DNA of 20,000 bases from Catajapyx aquilonaris (GCA_000934665.2 KZ538349.1:61261-81260), one strand, 5' to 3'. Shown: positions 1-11,739, counted from the stretch's first letter. The notes: generated by a model from the letters alone, not told the origin. Made by a program: numbers and translations.

Positions 1-296
1 CGTATTTTCTTTTGCCGTCCCCTTGTTGCCTAATATACCAGAAAAAGTATTATTTTCGGTAGCTTAGATCATTGACAGATGCGAAAATCACCCCGCTCCA
101 GTATTCGCTGCCTCCCTGCCCGTGGGAAAGGAAGTAGATTAATCAAAAATAGCGTATTTTCCCAACAAGAGGCCAAAAAAATTGTTCGTTATAGCCGAGG
201 TAGGGCGAAATGATTCAGGAGTAAAAATACACAGGGGCTTATGGAAGTATGACGGAAGTCTGTTATAGCCGAGGCTGTTATATCCGGAGTCAACTG
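1..296. mobile_element. Right end of a pogo/Tigger-like (Tc1/mariner superfamily) non-autonomous DNA transposon; left end outside window
   Basis: Ends ...gttatatccggagtcaactg|TA (minus strand TA|CAGTTGACTCCGGATATAAC), with subterminal repeat gttatagccgagg at 188-200 and 262-274. TA|CAG termini with gttata repeats are typical of pogo-type MITEs. Only one end is visible. Confidence 0.6.
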
Positions 297-926
297 TATA
301 TACTTTTATTCTCGGGATACTGTCCGCTTTGAGTAATTCCTGCGCGTAAAATTTTTAAAATCTTAGAATGAGCAAGTTGGCTTTTTATCCTTAAAAATAC
401 TCCTAAAAAGTAGCTCGCATCATGTACTCAGGGGGTTCAGAACCTCGAGTTTCAAATAGTTTTTTAAATGTATACTACGCAACTCGAATGGGAAGCATTC
501 GTATCCAGTGGTGGAAATTATGGAGAAGCACAAGTATCACCTCCTGGCGGAGTTTTTTCTTTACCTTTACATGAAGCTGCTTCATTTTTGGGGCAATTTG
601 GTCTTATATTAGTCTTATTATTTCCATTTAGTAATATAAGACCAAATTGGCCCAATTTGTCACGATTCAGCATAGACGCCTCAATTGATAAACATTGCCA
701 TTATCAAAAATGTCTAGTTTTATGCCAATGATATGCCAATACACTACTCCAGGAGACTCCAGTATAGTGAAACACAAAACACAATAGTAATGCAGACCCC
801 CATTTTAACCATTCACACGATATCACATTAACACAAGAGGAATGCACGCTTCTAGGAAAATCCATTGTTTCTAGTGCTACGAAAGTCAATACTCGGGCAC
901 GTAACAACATCATAGTCCCAATTATA

Positions 927-1150
927 CAGGATGTTCCAAGTTCGTGGGTCGTTTTTAGTTATCGCTAAAATCGCCCCAAGTAGTTATTTTTGTGAGCTTG
1001 TTGTGCCCCGATCCAGTTGCCTCAGTACTATCCGGTGGTCGAATGTATTGCAGACGCACCTGGTTAGGGGCGCAACAAACTACAAAAAAATAACCGCTTG
1101 GAGCGAAATTTCCTGCAACTGAAAACGACCAACGAACCTGGAACACCCTG
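927..1150. mobile_element. 224-bp Tc1/mariner-type MITE
   Basis: TA at 925-926 and 1151-1152. Left end caggatgttccaagttcgtgggtcgtttt matches the reverse complement of the right end, cagggtgttccaggttcgttggtcgtttt; the imperfect inverted repeat extends ~85 bp. Confidence 0.88.
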
Positions 1151-1779
1151 TATATTCAAAAATAAACGGAATAATAGTAGTCTGAAACCATTGCCTTGGC
1201 GCATGGTGTCCCGCATCGTGTGAGGCAAAATGCCAGCTTTCATTAATTGGGCTAATTACAAGCTGGGAAAAAATGAAGGGCCCTATATGTCAAGCATGCT
1301 GAAAGAAAGTCACGTGGAGGTCTGTCATTTTTTCAGCACGTTTATAGAGCGAAGCAACTTGACATCGTCTATTAATTTTGTAGCTCTTTTGCTGATGCAA
1401 CGGGAACCATTGCCAACCTAAGGACCAGCAAAGTTTTCACACATTCATGCAGGAATATATAGAGCCTATTGAAGAGTATCTGCCGATATTTTGGCTATAT
1501 GGTACGTACGAGAAAAAGCGTTGGTTAGAGTTCCTGGATGCTGCAAATGACGAGCCATAACGTTACAGGCAAGGAGGAAGTGGGCAGAAAATGATTCTCG
1601 CTGTAATGCGATTAGGCATGCTTGCTGTTTACTTCCGCACATGACCCGGTTGCTCCGTAGACAATACGGCCGATCAGGTTTCGTACGAGGGGATAACATG
1701 ATGGTCATTACACTCTAGTTGCATTCTAATTTACTTTCCCGCCGGGCCACGGAATGCCAAGGAGATAGCACCGCGATGT

Positions 1780-1781
<2 letters not shown>

Positions 1782-1829
<48 letters not shown>
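1782..1829. repeat. (TC)n microsatellite followed by short (TTCC)n
   Basis: Directly visible. Confidence 0.97.
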
Positions 1830-1831
<2 letters not shown>

Positions 1832-2889
1832 CCCCCTTCCTTCCTTCCTTCCTTCCCTACCCATCACCCACCCACCTCTATACATACCAACTGACTCCAT
1901 CTCCAGCGGCACCTTCCAATCAGAGAGAGCACCGGCTGGTATCACCAACAACATCCTTACAACCGGGAAATATCGATCCGTACTCACGTATTATCTCAAT
2001 GCATTTATGATAACAATTATAATGCATTCCGCCATATTCATCTCGCTAGCCTCGCACATTACTTCCACGGATTTTTTTTGTCTCTCCATATGCATAATCT
2101 GCTAAACAAGCAGCCTCGTTTGTCGCACGATAGGTGTATCATAGCACGGCACACTTGACGCATGTGATCAATGCGTGACAAAAAAAGAGGTGTCACTTCA
2201 GAGGCAGGGTCACTTGATGACTATATGGCCACACTGAAGTAGGTTACATTTGAAATGTGACCTCCAGCCAACTCTCAGTTCAAAAACCTGCTAACAGTGT
2301 GAAATTATGTTATGGAAATGATATTTGACAGTCCCATGCAGACAGAGGAACTCGGCCGTAGGGCATAGGCGTTAGATAGCCGAAAATTCCAAGTAGCGAT
2401 AGTTGCTACTGTTTTCTAGGTCGGTGCCAAAACCAGCAGCATCAGATGGAGCCCGCAATTTGCGGACCCTTTCTCAATTATGTGGTCAATTTCACACCAC
2501 TGCTTTTGACACAAACTAAAAAAAAATTAAAAACCTAAGCAGCGATACAAATTTCAACTTTTTGGCCAATTCATTCATTGATTGGGCCCTGATTGGGGTC
2601 CTCATGCACCAGCAAGTTACATCAGCTGTTGGAATAATTTCTGTAGATCGCCCGATATGATGAAAATTACAATACAAAACACATTTGGATTCATTTTGGG
2701 GCACTGATTTCAAAGTAGAGGCCTTTAGCAGTCATTGCGAATATTCTGCTTTAGGTATTGCTAATGCCACTCGAGACACTATATACGTAATGATTACTTG
2801 GACAATAGCTTATCCCAGTCATTTCTGGAGGCTTTTTACCCCGTTACCATCTCGGCCATCTACACCTCCCCTTCTGGAGGCATCTGCAC

Positions 2890-2892
<3 letters not shown>

Positions 2893-2959
<67 letters not shown>
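2893..2959. repeat. (TA)n microsatellite
   Basis: Directly visible. Confidence 0.97.
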
Positions 2960-2964
<5 letters not shown>

Positions 2965-4357
2965 CACTTTGGTGTAATACCAACTTTCAAGTCTTTCTTG
3001 TACAGCCGTAATATCCGCACTGCGACAGTTACGTGGCACCCACCAACTACGGCACGTCATCATTGTCACGGGAAAAATTTGTGCTCAACCGTCGCGTCGC
3101 CCCTTCCATCGTGTGATTGGTCAAAGAGAAACCTGGACCGGGAATAATGCTTCTTACAATCGTTTATGCTGTACAAGTGTAAGGTAGGCTGCTAATAGCT
3201 ATTTATTTTTTGCCGGACGGTCACATTTTCCCTTCCGGATAGATTGGTGTATTACTAGAACACGACGACAATGTCTAGTTTGACCTTCAACTGGGTCGAT
3301 TCGGAGTGGAACTATTTGGCGCCATTTTCTCGGGCCACCACAGAGGTGTATCCCATCGCATATAGACAACATGATGTGCCTCGTCAGAGAATGCAATATT
3401 GCGCTTTTCAAACGCCGTTAAATGTGATTGTAATCAGCCAAAATATTGTCACTCCATCGCATACCATGGCTCGAGTCTAAATCAGCAGTCTCTAATACGA
3501 TTCTAATACAGTGTGAGATATTGCCTTAAACCGCTTTGTAACAACTTCTTATAACAGTATAGTCTACAGGTTTTACAACTGATGGCTACTTGTCTGCTAT
3601 TTCGACAACAGACTGCGACTGTACACGCGCGCATATACTATAATGCTGCAGTTAGACAGCATTTCAATGTCGTGGTAGAGTTTTTTTTTAAAATTACAGA
3701 ATGGTATCAGCCAGCAACTCCCGCAGTGCCACTCTAAATTATTTATCGGCGATTAGATGCAAATGTCGTTTATGCTAGTACTGAACCAGTCATTTCAGCG
3801 ATCTTAATAAGCGTAACATTCAAAGGCGGGCAGTGATGGTTTAAAACTTGTAGTCTAGCAACCATGCGCAACGTGGATAGAGGTCAAATGAGCCGGCCTG
3901 ACCAAGGCCGATCTTTTTTAAAGCAGAGTATTTCCTCACCGTACGAGCCAGGTGTACGCCTACCTGCTAAAAATCAGCGACACTTTTTTTTTTAGTTGTT
4001 CCGGTCCTAGGTTTAGAATTGGTCGTGCGTCACCCTATATCGTGGACACATTTTTAACCAAGTCCAACGTGGCAAATATTTTGAATGCCGAATTTTCTTC
4101 GCAGACAGACGTGGAAAGAAAGAAATATTTACTATAAGAAAAAGTGACGCCTCTCAATCGCGCATAACTCTTGAAAGCACACGAGTTGGGGTCGAGTTTC
4201 CAATGTTTCAGTCGTATAATTTCCCCAAAATTCTGGTCCCACCCTGGGTATGGGCAGAGGACGCTGGGATAACCAACGAGTGTCGAATAGGGCAATCCAG
4301 TCATACGGACGGATTCATGTCCCCAATGCAAGAGGTGACAATAGCAATAAGACTGAC

Positions 4358-4423
4358 CTCCTCCTCCCCGGCGGCTGTGTTGACGGAATCCATGCTCTGG
4401 CTAAGGGTGTTGGGGGCGTCCAT
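4358..4423 (-). CDS. cpo: First coding exon of couch potato (RBPMS/mec-8 family RRM RNA-binding protein)
   Basis: Minus strand reads MDAPNTLSQSMDSVNTAAGEEE, then GAG|gtcagt donor (intron begins at 4357). This matches my recollection of Drosophila Cpo LSQSMDSVNTASNEEE-VRTLFVSGLP and of the phase-0 exon break after EEE in RBPMS. ATG context agcATGG is good, and there is an in-frame upstream TGA at 4438-4436. Confidence 0.9.
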
Positions 4424-4626
4424 GCTGGTTGCAGCTCAAGATATGTCGGCGGCAGCGGCAGCAGCACGTGGCCACGGTGCCAATGACGGCGGAGGGAGGG
4501 AGGGAAGGAAGGAATGAATGAAGGAAGGAAGGAAGGAAGGAAGGGTCAGGTGGGACGGAGACCGGAACAGCGGGGAGCTACACTGTCGTCACCCGTCCTT
4601 ATTCAGTGGGTACAAGTGACGATCAC

Positions 4627-4680
<54 letters not shown>

Positions 4681-5330
4681 GCACAAGCAACCCGTCGTTG
4701 CGTAGGTGGGTCCACTACCACTGGCCTGCTTCCCACACACTGAAGTGGTGGCGCGCACGCACAAACTACGGGGCAGCAGCAGCAGCAGCAGCAGTTTTGG
4801 CGGGGAAGATCCGGAGGAACGGACGGATTGAGTGACGAGGATGGTCAGGTGGATGGGGAAGGAGGGAGGGGAGGGCAGGGAAGGGATCCGCTCGGCGCAC
4901 TGGAGAGGCCACCACTAACGCAGCCAGGCAGAGGGCGAGGGGAGTAGAGCAAGCGAGGAGGCCAGCGTGCCAGCCAGCCAGCCAGCGAGCGAGCAAGCAA
5001 GCTAGGGGTTTTCTGGCTGCCCGGCTGCCGCTTATGCTACACACACCACACGGCGCAAGTCAGGTGCGAGGCAGGCAGGCGGGCGGGAGGGAGAGGGGGA
5101 GAGGGGGAGAGGGGGAGGGAGAGGGAGAGGGGGGCGGTGGGGGACACACACGAGACGGTGGGCGGCGGGGGCGGACGGGCGGGGTACTCCACTACCAACA
5201 CTGACGGCAGGAGACAATCATTGCAACTGCGCCAGCGCATGTGCATCAAGGAGGGAGGACGGAAGGAAGGAAGGACAACCATGTACTTTGGTCCACTCTC
5301 AATGCCAGGTCGCCATGTAGGCTAGCTACT
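4424..5330 (-). promoter_or_regulatory. GC/CpG-rich putative 5' UTR and promoter region of cpo
   Basis: Clearly higher GC and CpG than the flanks, immediately upstream of the ATG, with (GGAA)n, (CT)n, (GCA)n and G-run tracts. Inr-like TCAGT on the minus strand at 5204-5200 and 5332-5328. The TSS cannot be determined from sequence. Confidence 0.5.
4631..4678. repeat. (CT)n/(GA)n microsatellite in the cpo 5' region
   Basis: Directly visible; (GGAA)n tract nearby at ~4492-4543. Confidence 0.97.
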
Positions 5331-5871
5331 GACAAGGAGAGAGAGAGCAGGGACACAAATGCAGCCTAATAGGCAGCCAGAGGATAAAAGAATCCATATT
5401 CATTCGGGTCACACCGCCTACTGTATTACCCTTGACAGGTGAACAAGTGCCACTGGCTCTAGTGTCGGAAGGACATGGGACTGTTCCACTTTTGCCGGAT
5501 TTTTTCCGACCNCCCCCCCCCCCCTGTACTGTATATAGATGGCTCGCACCATTGCACTTCCCATCCAGGGTGTTTTTCGGAAGCCAAAGTGGTTTAGCCC
5601 TCGGCAATCGTACGTTTTCTAACCCAGAATGATCCATTTTACAGGTAACCGACCAGAATCCAAAGCGCATGACTCTAAATTACCGCCATGATCGTATGAC
5701 GCAGATTTACCCGTAGGCCTATGCAACTTCTCTGGTTGTATGGAGTTACTGTCACCATCTGGTGCACAGTCTCATTGCCAAATACCTTCGATGGGGAGCT
5801 CGCAACTGGATGCATGCCAGGTCATGCGCGATATCGATGATATCCCTGCGTTATATATATATATATATAAA

Positions 5872-6060
5872 CCGAAGCAGTTTGGAGGAGGGGATATGGT
5901 GTCCGACTGCTAATCGGGAGGTCCTGGGATCAAATCCCGGGGCCGGCAACCTTGACCATGGTTTCTGTGGTTTCCCACGGTCATTCCAGGAAAATTCCGG
6001 AGTTGCTTCCGTAATTAATAGGCCACAGCGGCTTCCTTCCGTCCCTATCCTATCCCAAAA
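5872..6060 (+). mobile_element. tRNA-derived SINE
   Basis: A-box-like tggaggagggg at ~5883 and B-box-like gggatcaaatccc at 5926-5938. The body ggtttctgtggtttccc...ccaggaaaattccgg...ggccacagcggcttccttcc resembles the common arthropod SINE body (locust Lm1-like, from memory). No clear TSD; ends approximate. Confidence 0.75.
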
Positions 6061-6948
6061 AGCGCAGTAAAATGAAAGCAAAGAGTGCACTCGTACATCC
6101 AAGAATACTGCAGTTCGTGTACATTGACAGAAACATAATGAAGAGCATTATTCATGATCCCTGCCCCGTTTGAACGCTTTTTTCCAGCGTTTGCAACATT
6201 TTCCTGACAAGCAACAGTAAAAAGTTATATAATTTCATTTTCTATGTCACAGGCCTATGAAGATTATTTATCGATTAAGTAAACATACGTAACGGTTAAT
6301 ATAACCAACCAAGGGCTTGGATGAGGAATTTTCGTGGTACAAACAAATTGCGAAAAACCGGTAGATGACAGCCATCTTTGGCCTCCATTCTGTTACTCGG
6401 TCCGTAGCGTTTCAGTTCTCATGACCTGGCTTCATACCCGTAACAGAATGACGCCACATGAGACGACAAAGACGCCTTTATTTATGTCCCTCTAGTTTTC
6501 GGTCATCTGTAAATTCTTCATTCTGATTTAAATTTTTAGGGGAAAAACTCATCTTAAACTTGAGGAATAGCTGGCATTAAAATGACAAACCTGTCTGGAT
6601 CGCCTCAAAGTGACTTATGCGCAGTGATGTTGTGGAGAATCCGCCGAATTAAAAGTCACATGTACAGTGAACTCTTAACATGGAACAGATTTTTATGAAA
6701 ATGTGTTTTCAGCTCTATCAATATGTTCGTCCAAAAATCTGGAACGAAAACCATCATGCCCTAAAAAATAATGTGAAGGAAAAATGAAAGTCCCCTACTA
6801 CAGAAAATAATAGGAACCTTTATGAGGAAGTTATTCGGAAATATGTGAGCAAATCAGATAGCTTTCATGTGTAAATGGGGGGGGGGGGTTCCAGTTACCT
6901 ATCATTCGCCATGTATTTGACTGCTACATTTGAATCATAGCCTTAAAT

Positions 6949-7292
6949 CAGGGAGGCGGGGAGGCTAAGTGGCGCTGCGGTAACGTACGCGCCCACGGAT
7001 GTTAAGGTCCCGGGATCAAATCCCACCCGCGGACACCCCCTTCATCTCGTGCAGAGTTCAGGGTCTCCTCTGGCTTCGTCTCGGGTGGTATTTCCAACAG
7101 ACTAAACCACCCGGGGGAGTTCACTAAAAATGGCCACACAAGGACATTGCACTGCACCTTGCACATCCCCTCCTGTCATCCTGCCCGTGGGCCCGGGCAT
7201 TTCAAATGAATAGGCTCCAAATGTACCATCATGAAATAAAGGTCCGTGCGATATTCCCCCATGTGTTGGCGAAAGCACATTACCCCAGCATT
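6949..7292 (+). mobile_element. Full-length tRNA-derived SINE with 12-bp TSD
   Basis: Direct repeat atagccttaaat at 6937-6948 and 7293-7304; A-box-like tggcgctgcgg (~6970); B-box-like gggatcaaatccc (~7012); 3' hairpin atgtg-ttggcgaaag-cacat. Confidence 0.85.
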
Positions 7293-8092
7293 ATAGCCTT
7301 AAATATTAATAGTACTATTTTTCAATAATTGTAACCATTTGCTCTACAAAAGCTCAACAATATTATTGAAGGGCTTACTGCAACAATGGGCTAACCCACA
7401 TTTTGTAACAATGGAGAAAATGAAATATAACGTTAAATTGGTGGTAAAATACTGTACATTTACTGGACATTGCTACAAAACTGCCCTTATATCTTTGGCA
7501 CCTGCCCGAACAGTTTGTTACAGGTTGGAGATCTCTAATAAAGAATATTATGCATTTACACCATTACGGCTACGATGTGGGTCATCCCATTGTTGCAATA
7601 AGTCCGTTAACTATTACAAGGTCAGAAAATAACATACCGGTGTATTTAAACATGTGTACATACTATTCTTTCAATACTGTGCCCCAGATGGAACATTTTC
7701 GTTTTCATTAACATGACTTTGCGAGAAGAGATCGTTATTGATTTCCCCTACTTGTTGCAACAATTCACGCCATATATACTACATATATCCATAGCCTGAT
7801 TAATACCGTAACGATTGAAGACTGACTTGTTCAGGTAAGAAGCAATGAAGAGTGTCTGGAAGTTGTCTCTACATATCAGAATAAATATTGAGCATGTTGA
7901 GTAGTGAGCCCAGGTGGGACGGCAGGAGTTGGTAAATCGCAGGTAAGGTAGCGTAGTATTATTATGGCGTGTCCTGGGGGACGTTGGATGTGCGGGAGGG
8001 CGTAGAGAGGAAGAGGAAAAAGAACGGGTGAAGCGTGACGTCACGCCTGGCTGCACCTGGCCTCCCGTTTCTTTGTTGCCACCATTCAGGGT

Positions 8093-8140
8093 AGGAAGGA
8101 AGGAAGGAAGGAAGGAAGGAAGGAAGGAAGAAAAAAAAAA
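8093..8140. repeat. (GGAA)n microsatellite plus A-run
   Basis: Directly visible. Confidence 0.95.
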
Positions 8141-9351
8141 GAATGGATGGTACACCCGTCTATCCCCTCACCTGTTCCATCACATCCGCACATAAAATAA
8201 AATAAAACTACAACAGGCAAATAATCAACAACTAGTCCAAAACACTGCCACTACTGCTTCCCTCCAATGCGGACAATTGGACAGCTGTTAAATATGACGT
8301 TCTGAATTGTGCTACGTCACGCATGCGTGTCTGAGCCCGTAACCTTATTTATACGGTACAAGGCGCAATGCTCTCGACTATTACAATATACAGCAAGCGT
8401 GAGAATGGGACATAACATCAAGTCATAATAGGCTTTGAGTAACCCACTAAACTCGGTGTTGCTGGTAAGGAACACGTGATCGGATTTTTCCCGCGATGGT
8501 TCATTGATTACCATTAAAATAATTGCAGTCATATTCGTGGTTGCGAAACGGACTCAAGACTGTGTTAAAAATGGTTGAGAATGTTGGCCATATTTTTATG
8601 ACCAGGCCGGAACACTTTTATGTTATGTTTTCTCGTACAGGTGGACGATCCGCTCTGGGGAATTAGAAGAAGTGAATGTGTAGGAATATAAAGAGACACA
8701 ATCAGTTACTTCACGACATAGGGTAAGTTGGGCTAAGTGCGAACGGAAGATTAGTTGCAGTTTAAAGGCATGCTACTCCCTCAGCAATTATTAGCAATTG
8801 AGAAAAAATTATTGGACAATATACCTTACCTTATTGGTTTTCAAAGATAGTGGCATATTGCACAACATTCATCTATGTGGGTGCTCCGAAAAATGGAAAT
8901 TAAAATTTGCACGTGGTGCTTAGTACCGAACTTGCCCTGCGATATGAGGTAAGTGCGATTGTGGAATTATCTCCCTGTAATAAACATTGTTCGGGTTGCA
9001 CAAGACTAGTGCCACAAAGACACAAACTTCCTCAGTCAGTCTGTATAAGTGTATATTTACGAATAAAAATTCTTACAAGTTCTTACAGTAGGTATACATC
9101 ATTTTATTCACTTCTCCGCAAGAGGTTGGCTAACAGTAAGGGTTGAAAGAGACCAGTTTTACAGAAATCTTTCCAGGTAGGTGCTTTAATTCGTCTCCAT
9201 TGTGACACAAAAATCCTCGTGTTGAACTCGAGGATTGTTCGGCCAGTATACGCCTCTTCTGAGCGCGTGATCTTCGAACTAGTTATCGATGACATCGACG
9301 CGATGTGCTTCTCTCTGGGCCTTGATCATCGCGCCGCCTGTGTTTTCGTAG

Positions 9352-9889
9352 ACTTGCGTCTCGAAGTGTGAGTTAGCCTGTAGCCTGGGAGCCGGGAGCA
9401 TGAGCCGGGAGCCTTGCTCCTTTACCCGCGCGCCACCAACGGTCATTTCCGGAACTACCCACGAGCAAGGCGCGGGACTGTTTCAACGGGATGATTTAGT
9501 GTTGCACTATGAGATTATTATGTATTTTTTTAATTGTACCGGCGCCTGCCACACATAACGTGTGGGTCGATGTAACCCTTTTGGTCCAGGCCATATTTGG
9601 TACACTCACGCCAAAATTTTCGACCCGCCTTTTTTTCTCTCCCTTTTATACATCGACCCATAAGGTCATGTGTGGCAGGCGCCGGTACAATTAAAAAAAT
9701 ACATAATAATCTCATGTGCAACAGTAAATCATCCCGTTGAAACAGTCCCGCGCCTTGCTCGCGGGTAGTTCCGGAAATGACCGTTGGTGGCGCGCGGGTA
9801 AAGGAGCAAGGCTCCCGGCTCATGCTCCCGGCTCCCAGCCGCTCCCAGCCTCCCAGGCTAAAGGCGAACTCACACTTCGAGACGCAAGT
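9352..9889. mobile_element. 538-bp hairpin-type non-autonomous DNA transposon with ~225-240-bp TIRs and 9-bp TSD (Mutator/Foldback-like)
   Basis: Arms 9352-~9574 and ~9649-9889 are near-perfect reverse complements; TSD ttttcgtag at 9343-9351 and 9890-9898. Confidence 0.88.
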
Positions 9890-10116
9890 TTTTCGTAGTG
9901 CATTACCTCCCCGTTTCCCTCCCAACACGATAAGAAGGGGAGTGACCAGTCCTTAGATACCTCGTCCGTGATCTGTACTGACAATGGATATCCTCGTGCA
10001 TTGCTGGTTGCTAGGGCCAGGAGCTCGCACTCCCAGACCGTTGATAAACCGCCTGACTCCGGCAACCAGGGATGCAGACATGTATGATGGTATCCATACT
10101 TGTCGGGATGGACATT

Positions 10117-10163
10117 GTCGACGTCAACGGTCGACGTCAACGGTCGACATCAACGGTCGACAT
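10117..10163. repeat. 13-bp tandem repeat gtcgac(g/a)tcaacg, ~3.5 copies
   Basis: Units start at 10117, 10130, 10143 and 10156. Confidence 0.9.
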
Positions 10164-11073
10164 CTCCAATACTTCAGACCCATGTCATGCTTCTTCCATG
10201 CACACCGTCTACCACCCGTATCATTTTGGCAGACGAATTCGCATAGGCCTACACCATGACATAGGTAATTATACAGTGCTGCACACGTCGATTTCAACCC
10301 CTTCAGGAAAAGGAATGTCCCTTTCAACCCCTAACCCACATTTTGGCACTCATATCGGCCCCAATTCTAGAGGATTGTCTACTTCTGCAAAACTTACATG
10401 GTCCATGAACCATGATGCAGCACAGTTTGCACTTTCAAATGACACAACACACAACAATGGCAGCTAACACTCAATAACTGTTACGATACAGGTCGATAAT
10501 TCAGAGCGTGTAGAACTTACTTTTGAGGGCCAAAATCGCCTACGCACGATGCCATCGTTAACATGTATCATCACACCCATTTCTTTAAGTTTTATGCAAC
10601 GTGAGGCACATCGGGGAGAGCGGGGCACAGTGGTCCTTTCTATTTTAAAAATATAAGAAACCGGAATTACATCTTCATCAGGTACATCGTGAAACAAATC
10701 ACTCTTGTGCATCCTGCCAACATGACAGTCACATGTGAGATGCCTGCGATCCTGCTGTATCAGGGAAAAGCTGGCTGGTTCCATTTCAATCCAGACAGAG
10801 GGTGCCCAGTCATGGTCTTCGATTTTTTTAAAAAATATATGTGAAACCCACATCCAATTGAACCCTTATATGGAGCAATCAGTTTTACGAGATTAAATTA
10901 ATTATCGAGATATTAATATTTCTTTCAAGGGGCACCAAAATAACCTTCACGGGAAGGTGCACTTTTTTCCATTGCTTTCAATGAGTATAATTCGGGAACT
11001 GTTCTGAAAACCAACATGAAATTTTAAACTCATGCTTTTGGAATAACAAGCTGTATTGTAATGCATAAATTTA

Positions 11074-11470
11074 GGAAAGTCTATCGTTTATCCGCACCTA
11101 GCGACGCGGCGGGGTTGGGAAGCCATGGTGGGCTCCAAACATGTTGGCTACTGGTCGCAAACAATCGGTTGCCGGGAGAGCACAACAAAGGGCGTATTAT
11201 TACCCCTGCCACGCGAACCGATCAGAGGAGTGCTACGACCACAGTATTAATGAAGGAGGTGGGAAATATGAAAGCCATGATGGTTGCTGCAGTCCGTTAA
11301 CCCAAAGTACGACACTTCATCAAGCAACCATCATGAAGGCATTCGAATTTGACTGGCAGCGTATCAAGGCACCCGATTGTTTGCGACGCAACGTTGCCAG
11401 CCGTCGGGAGGCCCCCCGCGCGCCCAACCCCGACCGCGTTGTTAAGGTGCGGATAAACAATAGTTTATCC
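11074..11470. mobile_element. 397-bp MITE with GG...CC ends and 8-bp TSD (Merlin- or Mutator-like), nested in the left foldback arm
   Basis: TSD taaattta at 11066-11073 and 11471-11478; ~47-bp imperfect TIR sharing gtttatccgcacct and cggggttggg. The empty site is present in the opposite arm (~13761-13775). Confidence 0.85.
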
Positions 11471-11739
11471 TAAATTTACCATATTTAATGGTACAGTCAC
11501 CTGCAAAAAAATCTCCAACATTGCATATTTTGGTCAAAATTAGCATATTTCGCAATTTATTAAGGCGTTATGGTAAACGTGACGGTTATGCCGATTATAT
11601 TTTGTGACATACTCAGTGACCCCCTAAAGGTTATGCAATAAAACCTTTGCTAGCTCCGTTTGTAGTTGAATATGCGAGGTGAAAATATGGCAACAAGCGA
11701 AAACACGCATATTTCAAAAATTATTATCTCAAAAACCCC

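Larger units (their letters stand above)
1..4357 (-). other. cpo: Intron of cpo following the first coding exon (continues beyond window start)
   Basis: Starts at the GT donor at 4357. I saw no VRTLFVSGLP-coding exon within the window by eye. Confidence 0.7.

Noticed and set aside
506..2502. Possible hAT element bounded by cagtggtggaaatt and aatttcacaccactg
   Set aside because: The short inverted match needs a gap, and the flanking 8-mers (ttcgtatc vs cttttgac) do not form a TSD.
5872..7030. Functional tRNA genes at the two B-box motifs
   Set aside because: No proper cloverleaf or acceptor stem; both continue into SINE bodies and one is TSD-flanked.
10117..10163. CRISPR-like array
   Set aside because: Contiguous 13-bp tandem units without unique spacers, in eukaryotic context with no cas genes.
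10626..10640. CACAGTG Transib/RSS-like terminus
   Set aside because: No partner end, nonamer or 5-bp TSD found; a heptamer is expected by chance in 20 kb.
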